Positions 1-8,820 of a stretch of 64,000 nt of DNA are shown here, in pieces. The number at the start of each line of letters is the position of its first letter. Within the stretch, counting starts at the first letter, position 1. Source of the DNA: a virus; the UHGV virus genome UHGV-0010228. One strand, written 5' to 3'. The notes beneath the pieces are model-generated. The model saw only the letters and a list, made by a program, of their open reading frames with translations. It had not been told where the DNA came from and ran no database searches. A program made the position numbers and the translations under genes.

Positions 1-430
1 AGCTAAAAATGGAACTGAAGATGGAAATAATGATATTTCATCATCAATGATAAAGAATCTTTTCAGCATTGGTAAAGGTGGAATGATTGATGCTTTAGGT
101 GGTTATGAAGAAATATCTGGTGCTAGTGATGCTGGCATTCATAGCGAAATTTATGATGATGATAAAATTCATGACAAATATTTTAGTTCTGACGAGGAAG
201 AATCTGAGGGTGATTTATATTTAAAATATGAAAATATGAACATTGAATTGATCATGCTTATAGATGAGGATGATAATATATTAAATATTATCGCTGAAGA
301 TGATGATGGAAATGTGATACCTGATTATCCTGTACCTGAAATTAATGATGGGATGGGGTGCACATTCAATAAAACAGTTATGACTGCAGAAGATGGTTAT
401 CATCGAAAATATAAATTACGGATTGTATAA
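1..430 (+). CDS. hypothetical acidic protein (5' end probably outside window)
   Basis: ORF frame open back to window edge (codons from pos 2); internal ATG at 47; D/E-rich product; followed by hairpin terminator. Confidence 0.45.
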   Translation, partial: AKNGTEDGNNDISSSMIKNLFSIGKGGMIDALGGYEEISGASDAGIHSEIYDDDKIHDKYFSSDEEESEGDLYLKYENMNIELIMLIDEDDNILNIIAEDDDGNVIPDYPVPEINDGMGCTFNKTVMTAEDGYHRKYKLRIV

Positions 431-440
431 AAAAAAAATA

Positions 441-470
441 AAAGGGGATTCGTTTGAATCCCCTTTTTAA
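441..470. terminator. bidirectional hairpin terminator
   Basis: aaaggggattc-gttt-gaatccccttt stem-loop flanked by A-run and T-run, between convergent genes. Confidence 0.7.
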
Positions 471-489
471 CTGTGTATACGAGCTGCAT

Positions 490-1119
490 CTATATAGTTG
501 CAGCTTTTTTCTGAGTCTTATTATTGACCCCTTCTTTTATGGAGTCAATAACAGATCTCTCAGCGTTCTTGTTCTTATGAACACTCTTTGCGGCCTTCTT
601 CATAGCCGCATTATATGCCGCGGCATTTCTAGCCGTAGCCTTAGATACGGCTTTGCGACCGTACTTTTCAGCAGCGCTGAGATATTTCATCTCAGCGTCA
701 CATTTATCGGCTTTATCGCCATAATCTGACGACTCGACAGTATTTGTATTAACAACAAATCTGTCGTATGAATCCTCCCAAAGAGGATTCTCCATTATGC
801 TCATATTGAGCATATGAATCAGCGAAAGCAACTGCTTTCTCTGAAATATATTATTCAGAGAAAGCAGTTGCTTGCCTATGACAATGCCATAGTCCCCGAT
901 CATAAGATCGAGATTGTTAATTTCAAATATTCCGATTGGAATATCGATCGGAATATTTGAATTCTTTTCCTTCTTAGAGTTAAACGATGTTAACTCTAAG
1001 ATTTTATCCTCTGTAGTAAACAGAGGATAAAATCTTTTGCCATCAGCAACATATCCTTTTATTGACACAGGCTTAAGCTTGCCTGTGTTTTCTTTTTTAA
1101 AATTAAAAATCTTTAACAT
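490..1119 (-). CDS. hypothetical protein
   Basis: 209-aa ORF, RBS GGAGGT upstream of ATG at 1119; contains internal peptide repeat KQLLSL encoded by a 44-bp palindrome. Confidence 0.6.
   Translation of the reverse strand: MLKIFNFKKENTGKLKPVSIKGYVADGKRFYPLFTTEDKILELTSFNSKKEKNSNIPIDIPIGIFEINNLDLMIGDYGIVIGKQLLSLNNIFQRKQLLSLIHMLNMSIMENPLWEDSYDRFVVNTNTVESSDYGDKADKCDAEMKYLSAAEKYGRKAVSKATARNAAAYNAAMKKAAKSVHKNKNAERSVIDSIKEGVNNKTQKKAATI
828..871. repeat. 44-bp palindrome (18-bp perfect arms) inside CDS with ATATATTATT core at centre
   Basis: gcaactgctttctctgaa-atatatta-ttcagagaaagcagttgc read directly. Confidence 0.8.
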
Positions 1120-1140
1120 ATATTTACCTCCATGTTAAAT

Positions 1141-1170
1141 AATACTAGAAGCATTATTGCTTCTAGTATT
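1141..1170. terminator. hairpin (13-bp arms) between genes
   Basis: aatactagaagca-ttat-tgcttctagtatt. Confidence 0.6.
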
Positions 1171-1192
1171 TTCTAATTATATTTTATTCACT

Positions 1193-1205
1193 TAAATAAT
1201 ATATT
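1193..1205 (-). promoter_or_regulatory. conserved promoter-like motif ATATATTATTTAA
   Basis: exact 13-mer on minus strand, 74 nt upstream of ATG 1119. Confidence 0.6.
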
Positions 1206-1207
1206 GG

Positions 1208-1516
1208 TTAAAAATCATACAATCTCGATAAATTATCAGTACTACGATATTCCATTCCAGTAATGCAATTCTTATAATATGTAAGAATATCATCAGCATT
1301 ATATCTACGTATTGTGTGCGATACTATCTTATCATTATCGCGTTTAATGCATAGTATTGGTCTATTCTGATCATCATATTCTCTTTCATATGCAATACCT
1401 GTAGAATTCCAATAGAATATTTCATTACCATTATCATCATATCGATATGATTCTGAAAATCCCTTACCATTTTCAAATTCAAGTATTCTTCCATGTTCAT
1501 CATATATTTTACCCAT
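1208..1516 (-). CDS. YD/RHS-repeat protein (short)
   Basis: repeats YDEHGRIL, YRYDDNGNEI, YEREYDDQNRPIL match YD-repeat consensus YDxxGR(L/I); RBS AGGAGG. Confidence 0.6.
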   Translation of the reverse strand: MGKIYDEHGRILEFENGKGFSESYRYDDNGNEIFYWNSTGIAYEREYDDQNRPILCIKRDNDKIVSHTIRRYNADDILTYYKNCITGMEYRSTDNLSRLYDF

Positions 1517-1543
1517 TTTTTTTTAACCTCCTACATAAAAAAT

Positions 1544-1574
1544 AAGTCTATACATTATAGAAATGTATAGACTT
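1544..1574. terminator. hairpin terminator (13-bp perfect arms)
   Basis: aagtctatacatt-ataga-aatgtatagactt downstream of 469-aa gene. Confidence 0.7.
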
Positions 1575-1595
1575 ATTTAATTTATTAAGACTTAT

Positions 1596-3005
1596 TTACT
1601 TAAAGAATAATTCTGAGAGTGAATCAGCTATATCATCCTGTAATGATCCTGTTGTAACATTATTCTTTAAAGCTGTACATATATTTTCAGCCGCTTTAAG
1701 AATATTATCATCTACTGTAACTGGACGAGCTGGACGCTTAGAGAATATTTCAACTCTACGTTCATTACCAATTGGTGGATACGTCTTGCGGATAGAGCTA
1801 TAATCACCAAAGTGATTAGTATTCGTTCTAACACCCGTAATATCACTTATTTCTTCACAATAAGATGTTGGCTTAAGATACTGCTTAATAGCATTCATAT
1901 CAACATCTTCTGATATAATTTCATCATAATGAGATATATCAATAATACCCTCATAGAACATATTAATCTTATTAGGAATCAATTCGTATTCCTCCTGATC
2001 AAATATTTCTTCAAGATATGCTTCAATTGACTCATCTGATATATTGCATGATAAATGAATTGTGAGATAATCAATCGTCATCTCTTTCTCAAATTTAATG
2101 AGCTTACCATTTCTGGTAGTATGCCAGATATAACCTCCATTATAATCTCTTCTACGAGTAATTATATTATCATCATCAGTAGTATCTGCCATATAAATGA
2201 GACTATGATTCTCGTCGTAAGCATTAATAAGGCATCTATGTGAATTAAATATGCCGTCGCTAGATACATTGCCATGATAAATATGCTCTAATTCATAGTC
2301 ATCTTTATCATAGAGATATTCATGAGTGTTAACAACTTTGCCATTTACGTAATATGTAATATTATACTTCTTGGCACCGTCATTAAGATATGATATTTCT
2401 TCTTCCTTTATGATATTATTATACTGCAGATATGCAGTATATATCAGACGATCATTATCGTCATATTTATATATTTCACTAGCACCTTTATTATTTTTAG
2501 TCATCAATAATCGATGCTTATTGTCATAATGATTTTCGATCAGTCTTACACTCGGAAAATCACCATCCTCTATACCATCATGGCAATCACTCCAATATCT
2601 TTCAATAATAGTTTCTTTAGTACCATTATGATTGATATATGTGTCACGCTGAAAAGTACTTTCATCAATAGCTGCATTATTCTCATCATTAGTTACTGAA
2701 ATCTTTCTATAGAATGAAGTACCGTAGTTATACGAGATAGTCTTCTCGTATGATTTTTCATTTTCTGAGTTAGTCTTATATGACTCAAATGAAAGATCGC
2801 CCTTCTCATTATAATTTCTTTTAAGGACTGATAATCCATCCGCATCATTTATAGTCCTAGAGAATAAACGAGGATTCATCTGATCTGGGTCAGATGCATC
2901 TTCAATATTAATGATCGTTTCTGTAATAGCATCATCCCCAGTAATTCTCATCAATTTCTCAACTGACTTTGCTTCTTCCATAAACTTTTCAAAATTAAAA
3001 CCCAT
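1596..3005 (-). CDS. YD/RHS-repeat protein
   Basis: multiple YD repeats (NYNEKGDL, HYDNKHRLL, YKYDDNDRLIY, YLYDKDDYELE, AYDENHSLIY, RDYNGGYIWH); RBS AAGGAGG. Confidence 0.65.
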   Translation of the reverse strand: MGFNFEKFMEEAKSVEKLMRITGDDAITETIINIEDASDPDQMNPRLFSRTINDADGLSVLKRNYNEKGDLSFESYKTNSENEKSYEKTISYNYGTSFYRKISVTNDENNAAIDESTFQRDTYINHNGTKETIIERYWSDCHDGIEDGDFPSVRLIENHYDNKHRLLMTKNNKGASEIYKYDDNDRLIYTAYLQYNNIIKEEEISYLNDGAKKYNITYYVNGKVVNTHEYLYDKDDYELEHIYHGNVSSDGIFNSHRCLINAYDENHSLIYMADTTDDDNIITRRRDYNGGYIWHTTRNGKLIKFEKEMTIDYLTIHLSCNISDESIEAYLEEIFDQEEYELIPNKINMFYEGIIDISHYDEIISEDVDMNAIKQYLKPTSYCEEISDITGVRTNTNHFGDYSSIRKTYPPIGNERRVEIFSKRPARPVTVDDNILKAAENICTALKNNVTTGSLQDDIADSLSELFFK

Positions 3006-3049
3006 AGTAAAATGTCCTCCTTTTAAATAGGTGAGCTATAAATTATCAT

Positions 3050-3062
3050 ATAAATAATATAT
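3050..3062 (-). promoter_or_regulatory. promoter-like motif ATATATTATTTAT
   Basis: 44 nt upstream of ATG 3005. Confidence 0.6.
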
Positions 3063-3077
3063 AGCTCTAAATAAAAC

Positions 3078-5735
3078 TTAATATAACCGATATATCGTTT
3101 GATTAGAATTCTTATCAATAACTTCTTCTGTTGTCATAATTATATTTACTGGATTTCCATCAAATGAATTATGATTATGAGTTATTAAGAATACTTGCTT
3201 AGCCTTAATATCATGTAATTGCTTATATAAAATATCAATAAAATGATCTTTATCTTTCTTATATAATGGACCATCCATTTCATCTAATAGCATTATATTA
3301 TAAGGTATTTCAACTTTCTGATTTAATTGGAATTGCCTTATCAATGCAAATGATAATGCGATACTAATAATAGCTTTTTGTCCCTGTGATGCAGATTCTA
3401 TATCATCTACTACTATATCATTAGATGCAAATGGAATCTTAAACTCATTTTCTGTGATTACAAAATCTAAAATTTCTAATCCATCATTAAATACATCAGA
3501 TATTAATTCATTAACAATTTCTCTGCAATTATCAAGAAATAATTTGATTAATACTAACGGAATTCCATCTTTAGCGGATGATGCTGCTAATATATCACGT
3601 AATAATTCTCGTTCTTCTAATGCTTCATCATACTCGTGTTGAGTATAATCAATATCCATTAAAAGATGAACTAACGATCTATGACGTTGCTCCTTTATAT
3701 CATATTCTAATTTAATATTATTAACTTCACGATATAAATCATTTACTTGGATAATATTATTCTTTGCAATTTCTAAATTTTTAGAAAGATTAACGATATT
3801 ATCAGATAATGTTTTATGCTGAACATCATATTCACGAATATCATTCTTAATAGAATCAATATTTAATGAGATCGTATATAATTCACTGGAACTTTCATAT
3901 TTTTTATTAATTTCAGTTCGTTCAGAATCTTTGACCTCTAACTGAGATATTAATGATCTATGTAAAGATTCACAATTTAAAATTTTCTCATCTATATTAC
4001 CTGAAGATTCCAATTGGCTCATTTCATATTTGATAGACTTTAATCTCTCAGAGAGATCATATAATGATTCTCTCATTTGACATAGCTCTAAAATATTGAT
4101 TAATTTAGAATGATCATACCAATTATAATTTGATCTATCAATAAGAATCATTTTTAGATTTTCTTGATTTAAAACTCCAAGGTCTTTTAGTGGAGTTTTA
4201 ATTGATTTCCACATTTCTTTTAATCCAATAATTCTCTTATATAAATATGGAAGATCTTGATATTTTGATATTTCAATATCAATAGAATCTATCTCATTTA
4301 AAATGCTATGTAATTCAGTATCATTCCTATTATTTTTATTTATATTAATTGGATGAGATATATAATATGGGCATGATTTAGTTGGACACAATGGTGCTCT
4401 ATACATTGGAATTGTGGGTGAATAAGTTTCTGAAAATTTTATATTATTTATTTGCTTCTGAAGATTTACCTTTCTACCAGTGAGCATAGATACTTTCTTA
4501 GATGCTACTGTAGATATTGTTGCATCTGAATTATATGCTGCAATTATCGATTCCTTAGAATACGACGTTATCTCATTAATTGAAGTTTTTATAATTTCAA
4601 GATCATCTATAAATTTAGCTAAATTTATATAACTATATGAGCATTTGAATCCTTTTAACTTGCGACTGTATTCATTATATTTAGTCTCAATATCTAAATA
4701 TTGTTGTTTTAATAAAGCTAAATGTGACTCTGATCCTGATATCTTTTTCATATCACGATATTTATTTAAATCAGCTTTATTATTCTTTATAGATTCTTCT
4801 AAATTCATTATTTCTTCATCAAGAGATTTTTTTCTATATAATAATACAGATATTTCATTACCTAGCTTTGTGCTATCTACACCATCGTATGCTTCTACTT
4901 TAGATCGGAGATTATCAATCTCTTTATTTAAATCTGATATCTGACCATTTAATATGCTCAATTGATCTTCAGTTTCTTCTATACTATGATTATTCAATAA
5001 GATATTATTAGCAGTTGATAGTTCTACGATCTTAGACTTAAGTGTAGAACTATCTTTCTCTAATTCAGATAATCGAGTTCCCAATTCATCTCGTTCCTGT
5101 ATCATTTCATCATATTTATCAGCAGATAATGACATAAGTTTATTTGTAAGCATTGTCATCTTAGCATTCATAGCTCTCATATCATCTGATACTTTCTTAT
5201 ATATATCAAGATATATATCTGCCTCCGGTAATTGCGCTGCTATATATGATTTCCTATCTGTAGATTTCATATTAATAAGATTTGTAACATTAGGTCCTAA
5301 TCTTAATAATCTTAAGAAATTTTGCTCTATACCCATCTCATCCTTTACGATCTCTTTAAAGGCTCCAGTATTACCATTAGGATTTAACTCAACACCATTT
5401 AATTTAATATATGATTTGGTATTATGAGTTTGACCATTTTTATTCCATGTATACTTATGCTGTATCGAATATACATCTTCGCCTCGGATGATATCAATCT
5501 CTTTAAGTCCATCCTTTTCTGGTAATATTTGCTTATCTTGATTTCTAGAATCCAATGAACCATACGTTGAGAATGGCTGTAAGTGTCCTAATATAGCCGT
5601 CTTACCAGATCCCATCTTTCCTATAAATATATTTATAGGATTATCATTATCAAAAATGATTTCTATCTCATTTTTATTCATTCCTGAATATATATGAGCA
5701 AAGTTCTTTAAATAAAGTCTATGTATTTTCCACAT
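3078..5735 (-). CDS. sbcC: SbcC/Rad50-like recombination ATPase
   Basis: N-terminal Walker A GKMGSGKT, long coiled-coil middle, C-terminal Walker B/D-loop LLDEMDG...ITHN; RBS AAGGAG. Confidence 0.85.
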   Translation of the reverse strand: MWKIHRLYLKNFAHIYSGMNKNEIEIIFDNDNPINIFIGKMGSGKTAILGHLQPFSTYGSLDSRNQDKQILPEKDGLKEIDIIRGEDVYSIQHKYTWNKNGQTHNTKSYIKLNGVELNPNGNTGAFKEIVKDEMGIEQNFLRLLRLGPNVTNLINMKSTDRKSYIAAQLPEADIYLDIYKKVSDDMRAMNAKMTMLTNKLMSLSADKYDEMIQERDELGTRLSELEKDSSTLKSKIVELSTANNILLNNHSIEETEDQLSILNGQISDLNKEIDNLRSKVEAYDGVDSTKLGNEISVLLYRKKSLDEEIMNLEESIKNNKADLNKYRDMKKISGSESHLALLKQQYLDIETKYNEYSRKLKGFKCSYSYINLAKFIDDLEIIKTSINEITSYSKESIIAAYNSDATISTVASKKVSMLTGRKVNLQKQINNIKFSETYSPTIPMYRAPLCPTKSCPYYISHPININKNNRNDTELHSILNEIDSIDIEISKYQDLPYLYKRIIGLKEMWKSIKTPLKDLGVLNQENLKMILIDRSNYNWYDHSKLINILELCQMRESLYDLSERLKSIKYEMSQLESSGNIDEKILNCESLHRSLISQLEVKDSERTEINKKYESSSELYTISLNIDSIKNDIREYDVQHKTLSDNIVNLSKNLEIAKNNIIQVNDLYREVNNIKLEYDIKEQRHRSLVHLLMDIDYTQHEYDEALEERELLRDILAASSAKDGIPLVLIKLFLDNCREIVNELISDVFNDGLEILDFVITENEFKIPFASNDIVVDDIESASQGQKAIISIALSFALIRQFQLNQKVEIPYNIMLLDEMDGPLYKKDKDHFIDILYKQLHDIKAKQVFLITHNHNSFDGNPVNIIMTTEEVIDKNSNQTIYRLY

Positions 5736-5755
5736 TATTCTTTTCTCCTTTTCAA

Positions 5756-5768
5756 AAGAATAATATAT
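5756..5768 (-). promoter_or_regulatory. promoter-like motif ATATATTATTC
   Basis: variant of conserved motif 24 nt upstream of sbcC ATG. Confidence 0.5.
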
Positions 5769-5788
5769 AGTTTGATAAAAAATAAAGA

Positions 5789-5820
5789 AAAAAGAGAAGG
5801 TTAATAACCTTCTCTTTTTA
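5789..5820. terminator. bidirectional hairpin terminator
   Basis: aaaagagaaggtt-aata-accttctcttttt. Confidence 0.7.
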
Positions 5821-5834
5821 TTGATTTTATCTTT

Positions 5835-6275
5835 CTATTTATCTTTCTCTTTATCTGGATCGACAAAGTATTTTTTGGTAAGCTTTTCAATGAGCTTAGC
5901 CTGAATATCATTGCCAATATCACATAAAGCATCACTTGGTGGCACTGATGATGAGCATGATATTAATAATATTGGATTGTTATCATTTGGTTTTACTAGA
6001 GAGATATATACTTCACCAACTACAGCTTTTATACAATGCTCCTGAAATGAATATTTCAGATTATATTTCGCATCAATGATATATTTAATATCATCTATAT
6101 TAAAGCTTGTAGTTGTCCTTGATGGGAAATATATATCTGAATTAAACTTCCCAGTAGTATGCTTACTAATATTATCAGTAAGCATACGCTGCATTACAAT
6201 ATTAACCTCAGATGCAATCTTAATTATTTCTGAAGCATACAATATTATACCATTTTTTGCAATTTCTTTAGACAT
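5835..6275 (-). CDS. hypothetical protein
   Basis: 146-aa ORF, RBS AAGGAG, promoter motif upstream. Confidence 0.55.
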   Translation of the reverse strand: MSKEIAKNGIILYASEIIKIASEVNIVMQRMLTDNISKHTTGKFNSDIYFPSRTTTSFNIDDIKYIIDAKYNLKYSFQEHCIKAVVGEVYISLVKPNDNNPILLISCSSSVPPSDALCDIGNDIQAKLIEKLTKKYFVDPDKEKDK

Positions 6276-6317
6276 AGTTATTCTCCTTTATATCCTATGT
6301 AACTATAATTTATTCGT

Positions 6318-6330
6318 TTAAATAATATAT
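6318..6330 (-). promoter_or_regulatory. promoter-like motif ATATATTATTTAA
   Basis: 48 nt upstream of ATG 6275. Confidence 0.6.
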
Positions 6331-6413
6331 CTATATAAATTATTTTTTATATCTCGGTATAAACATAAAAGTAAAGGTGATTGATTACTAACCTTTTTGT
6401 CAAAATTCATTTT

Positions 6414-6437
6414 ATGTATGTTATTTTAATAATAACA
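6414..6437. repeat. hairpin 10-bp arms in intergenic region
   Basis: gtatgttatt-ttaa-taataacatac. Confidence 0.5.
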
Positions 6438-6485
6438 TACACCTCCAATTAAATAAGGCTGAAAAATATTGTGATTAACGGCAAT

Positions 6486-6514
6486 AAAAGAGAGTGCATT
6501 TGCACTCTCTTTTA
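6486..6514. terminator. bidirectional hairpin terminator
   Basis: aaaagagagtgca-tt-tgcactctctttt. Confidence 0.7.
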
Positions 6515-6516
6515 TT

Positions 6517-6531
6517 GTATATATATATATA
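6517..6531. repeat. (TA)7 dinucleotide repeat
   Basis: tatatatatatatat. Confidence 0.8.
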
Positions 6532-6533
6532 TT

Positions 6534-6574
6534 AATTAATGCTATATATCCATTATGGATATATAGCATTAATT
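6534..6574. repeat. 41-bp perfect palindrome (20-bp arms)
   Basis: aattaatgctatatatccat-t-atggatatatagcattaatt. Confidence 0.85.
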
Positions 6575-6647
6575 GCAGGAATAGGCAATTCATTGAGTAA
6601 AACCATTAGCACATGATTTTACACTTATGTTTATTAGATATAAAAAA

Positions 6648-7388
6648 TTACCAATAATATATTGCATCAGTATCAAGATTATACCCTTCGTTATCCCAAG
6701 TTTCAAGAAGCTGCTTCTTTTCATCGTGAGCATTTTGCCATTCATCAATCTTTAATGATATTGTACCAACACCTACTTCTAACTGATCTTTTCTCTTTAA
6801 TTGATTATAAAGAAATTCTTCTAAGTCTAATACGGTCAATTGCCTTAAGTGAGTCATAGCTCTAGGTGGTATTGTTGATAATGATAAATCATGAGTTAAT
6901 GCTATTTCACATCTATAAATACCACCATTCCATCCATTAAATATTGCTAATTTATTAGGTGGAATAAATCTAAATGTTGGTGATTTCTGCATATTTCTAG
7001 ATAATGCTGATGCCATCTGAATATCCGCAACTGTTTCCATTATTACATCAGCACCACCTAATGCTAATGAAGGGAAGTATAAATCATCAGTTCCTCCGCC
7101 ATATGATCCAGCTTCAATATTAAGAACTCCTAATATTGTAGAATCTTGATATTCCTTATATGGAATTTCATAAGTAACTGATCTATCAAAATATCTCATA
7201 GAATCATCTACTATCATATTTGGAGTAATCTGTATCATCTTTATATATGGTGAACGTTGTGAAAATTCTTTTAATGCAGATTGCTGAAATCTCTGTATTA
7301 ATCTAGTATCATCTACCGGTAATGGGATATCTTTTATTCCCATGTCTTCCTTGCATAATGTTAAAAATTCCGAAAGGTTATAAAACAT
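6648..7388 (-). CDS. hypothetical protein
   Basis: 246-aa ORF with RBS GAAAGGAG. Confidence 0.55.
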   Translation of the reverse strand: MFYNLSEFLTLCKEDMGIKDIPLPVDDTRLIQRFQQSALKEFSQRSPYIKMIQITPNMIVDDSMRYFDRSVTYEIPYKEYQDSTILGVLNIEAGSYGGGTDDLYFPSLALGGADVIMETVADIQMASALSRNMQKSPTFRFIPPNKLAIFNGWNGGIYRCEIALTHDLSLSTIPPRAMTHLRQLTVLDLEEFLYNQLKRKDQLEVGVGTISLKIDEWQNAHDEKKQLLETWDNEGYNLDTDAIYYW

Positions 7389-7437
7389 ATATATCCATCT
7401 CCTTTCACAAGATTAACGAGTTGTTAAAAAAATAAAT

Positions 7438-7464
7438 AACCCATATGATATAATCATATGGGTT
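7438..7464. terminator. hairpin terminator (12-bp arms)
   Basis: aacccatatgat-ata-atcatatgggtt. Confidence 0.65.
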
Positions 7465-7477
7465 ATAGAAAAAGTGA

Positions 7478-8134
7478 TTATAAAGTATGCGTATCAGCTG
7501 ATGACGCAGTTATACCGGTTGTAAGGGGTAAACCAATAATGAGATTGTCGGGGTCGGCTTCCTCGACAATGATCGTGTACTTTAAATTAAATGCGTCCAT
7601 TCCACGATCAAATAATAACATTGATACTCTACCATCACCCTTAATCACTTGTTTAAAATTGAATAAAGCGTTCTTATCAACAAATCTAGATTTATATAAA
7701 TCTATATTTATCTGCTTCTGCTGCAATGCTTCTTTAATTAATCTCTTTAATATATCGTCATTATCTTTTATTTCTGGTATAGCCGATCCTTCTGTATCTG
7801 GGAAATTAACAATAACTACCTCTTTATTATTAATCATATTTACTATTTCATCAGGATTTAATGTGCCAACTTTATTTTCCCATTTATATTCATCATCATC
7901 AGGATCTGCTTCAACTAATATGTATTTCTCAATCCTAGTATCAAACCATATCCCTGGTTTTGTTGGATCAAGTGAAGTTTCGCCATTATATAGATAAAAC
8001 TGATCCCCTTTTAAATATGCAGTATCTTCACTAAAATATGTATCTTTATCATTATATAATTTAATAAAATATACACCCGTTTTAGTTACGATTCTAGACT
8101 CATTTGTGAAAACATTCTTTTCCATCTTTACCAT
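7478..8134 (-). CDS. hypothetical protein
   Basis: 218-aa ORF, overlaps upstream gene by 7 nt (coupled). Confidence 0.5.
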   Translation of the reverse strand: MVKMEKNVFTNESRIVTKTGVYFIKLYNDKDTYFSEDTAYLKGDQFYLYNGETSLDPTKPGIWFDTRIEKYILVEADPDDDEYKWENKVGTLNPDEIVNMINNKEVVIVNFPDTEGSAIPEIKDNDDILKRLIKEALQQKQINIDLYKSRFVDKNALFNFKQVIKGDGRVSMLLFDRGMDAFNLKYTIIVEEADPDNLIIGLPLTTGITASSADTHTL

Positions 8135-8775
8135 TCTCCTTTATTAAATCCTATACGTTTACGATATTCATCTTCATTCATGTATGAAGATGTATTAATT
8201 GAGTGCTTTAACACTTCTAAACATAATATCATTTCATTAGTGAAATTAAAATCTGATAATATATCATATAATCTCACTAATTCATTTACGGATAAGTCTA
8301 TCCTATTTTCTAATAAATTTATAAATAAATATACACCAGGTGTATATTTATTATTTGCTATCTCTAACACACATGGTGTTATCTTTAATAACTGATCTTC
8401 AAAATAAGATCTATCTGTAGTTGAATATAGCTGTTTATAATCAGCATTTAATAATAAAATACCATCATCAGTTTCAACATACATGTCTTTATATAACTCT
8501 CCACCGAACCATTTTATTGCTCTTTCAATGGTTCTTAATACATCTTTAAAATTAGCTGTAGTTATTTTAAATGAACGATACTTTAGCATTTCACTTGCAA
8601 TTCCAGTTTGATATGGTAACGCTAAATATAATATACCATTAGAATTTACATTGTATATTTTATTTAAATCATATGCTGAAACTGGAGGAAAATAAAATTG
8701 AAGATTATATTTCTTCGTTTTATATATCATTCTTTTTATTGGGTAATTATTTAGTATACTCATTTTATCCTCCAA
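8128..8775 (-). CDS. hypothetical protein
   Basis: 215-aa ORF, RBS GGAGG. Confidence 0.5.
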   Translation of the reverse strand: MEDKMSILNNYPIKRMIYKTKKYNLQFYFPPVSAYDLNKIYNVNSNGILYLALPYQTGIASEMLKYRSFKITTANFKDVLRTIERAIKWFGGELYKDMYVETDDGILLLNADYKQLYSTTDRSYFEDQLLKITPCVLEIANNKYTPGVYLFINLLENRIDLSVNELVRLYDILSDFNFTNEMILCLEVLKHSINTSSYMNEDEYRKRIGFNKGEW

Positions 8776-8792
8776 AATTTAAGAAAAAGTTT

Positions 8793-8820
8793 GATTCTGT
8801 GTAAAATTTTACACAGAATC
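8793..8820. terminator. hairpin (11-bp arms) overlapping helicase stop
   Basis: gattctgtgta-aaattt-tacacagaatc. Confidence 0.55.

Noticed and set aside
454-729. 91-aa plus-strand ORF
   Set aside because: It lies entirely antisense within CDS 490-1119 and has no RBS.
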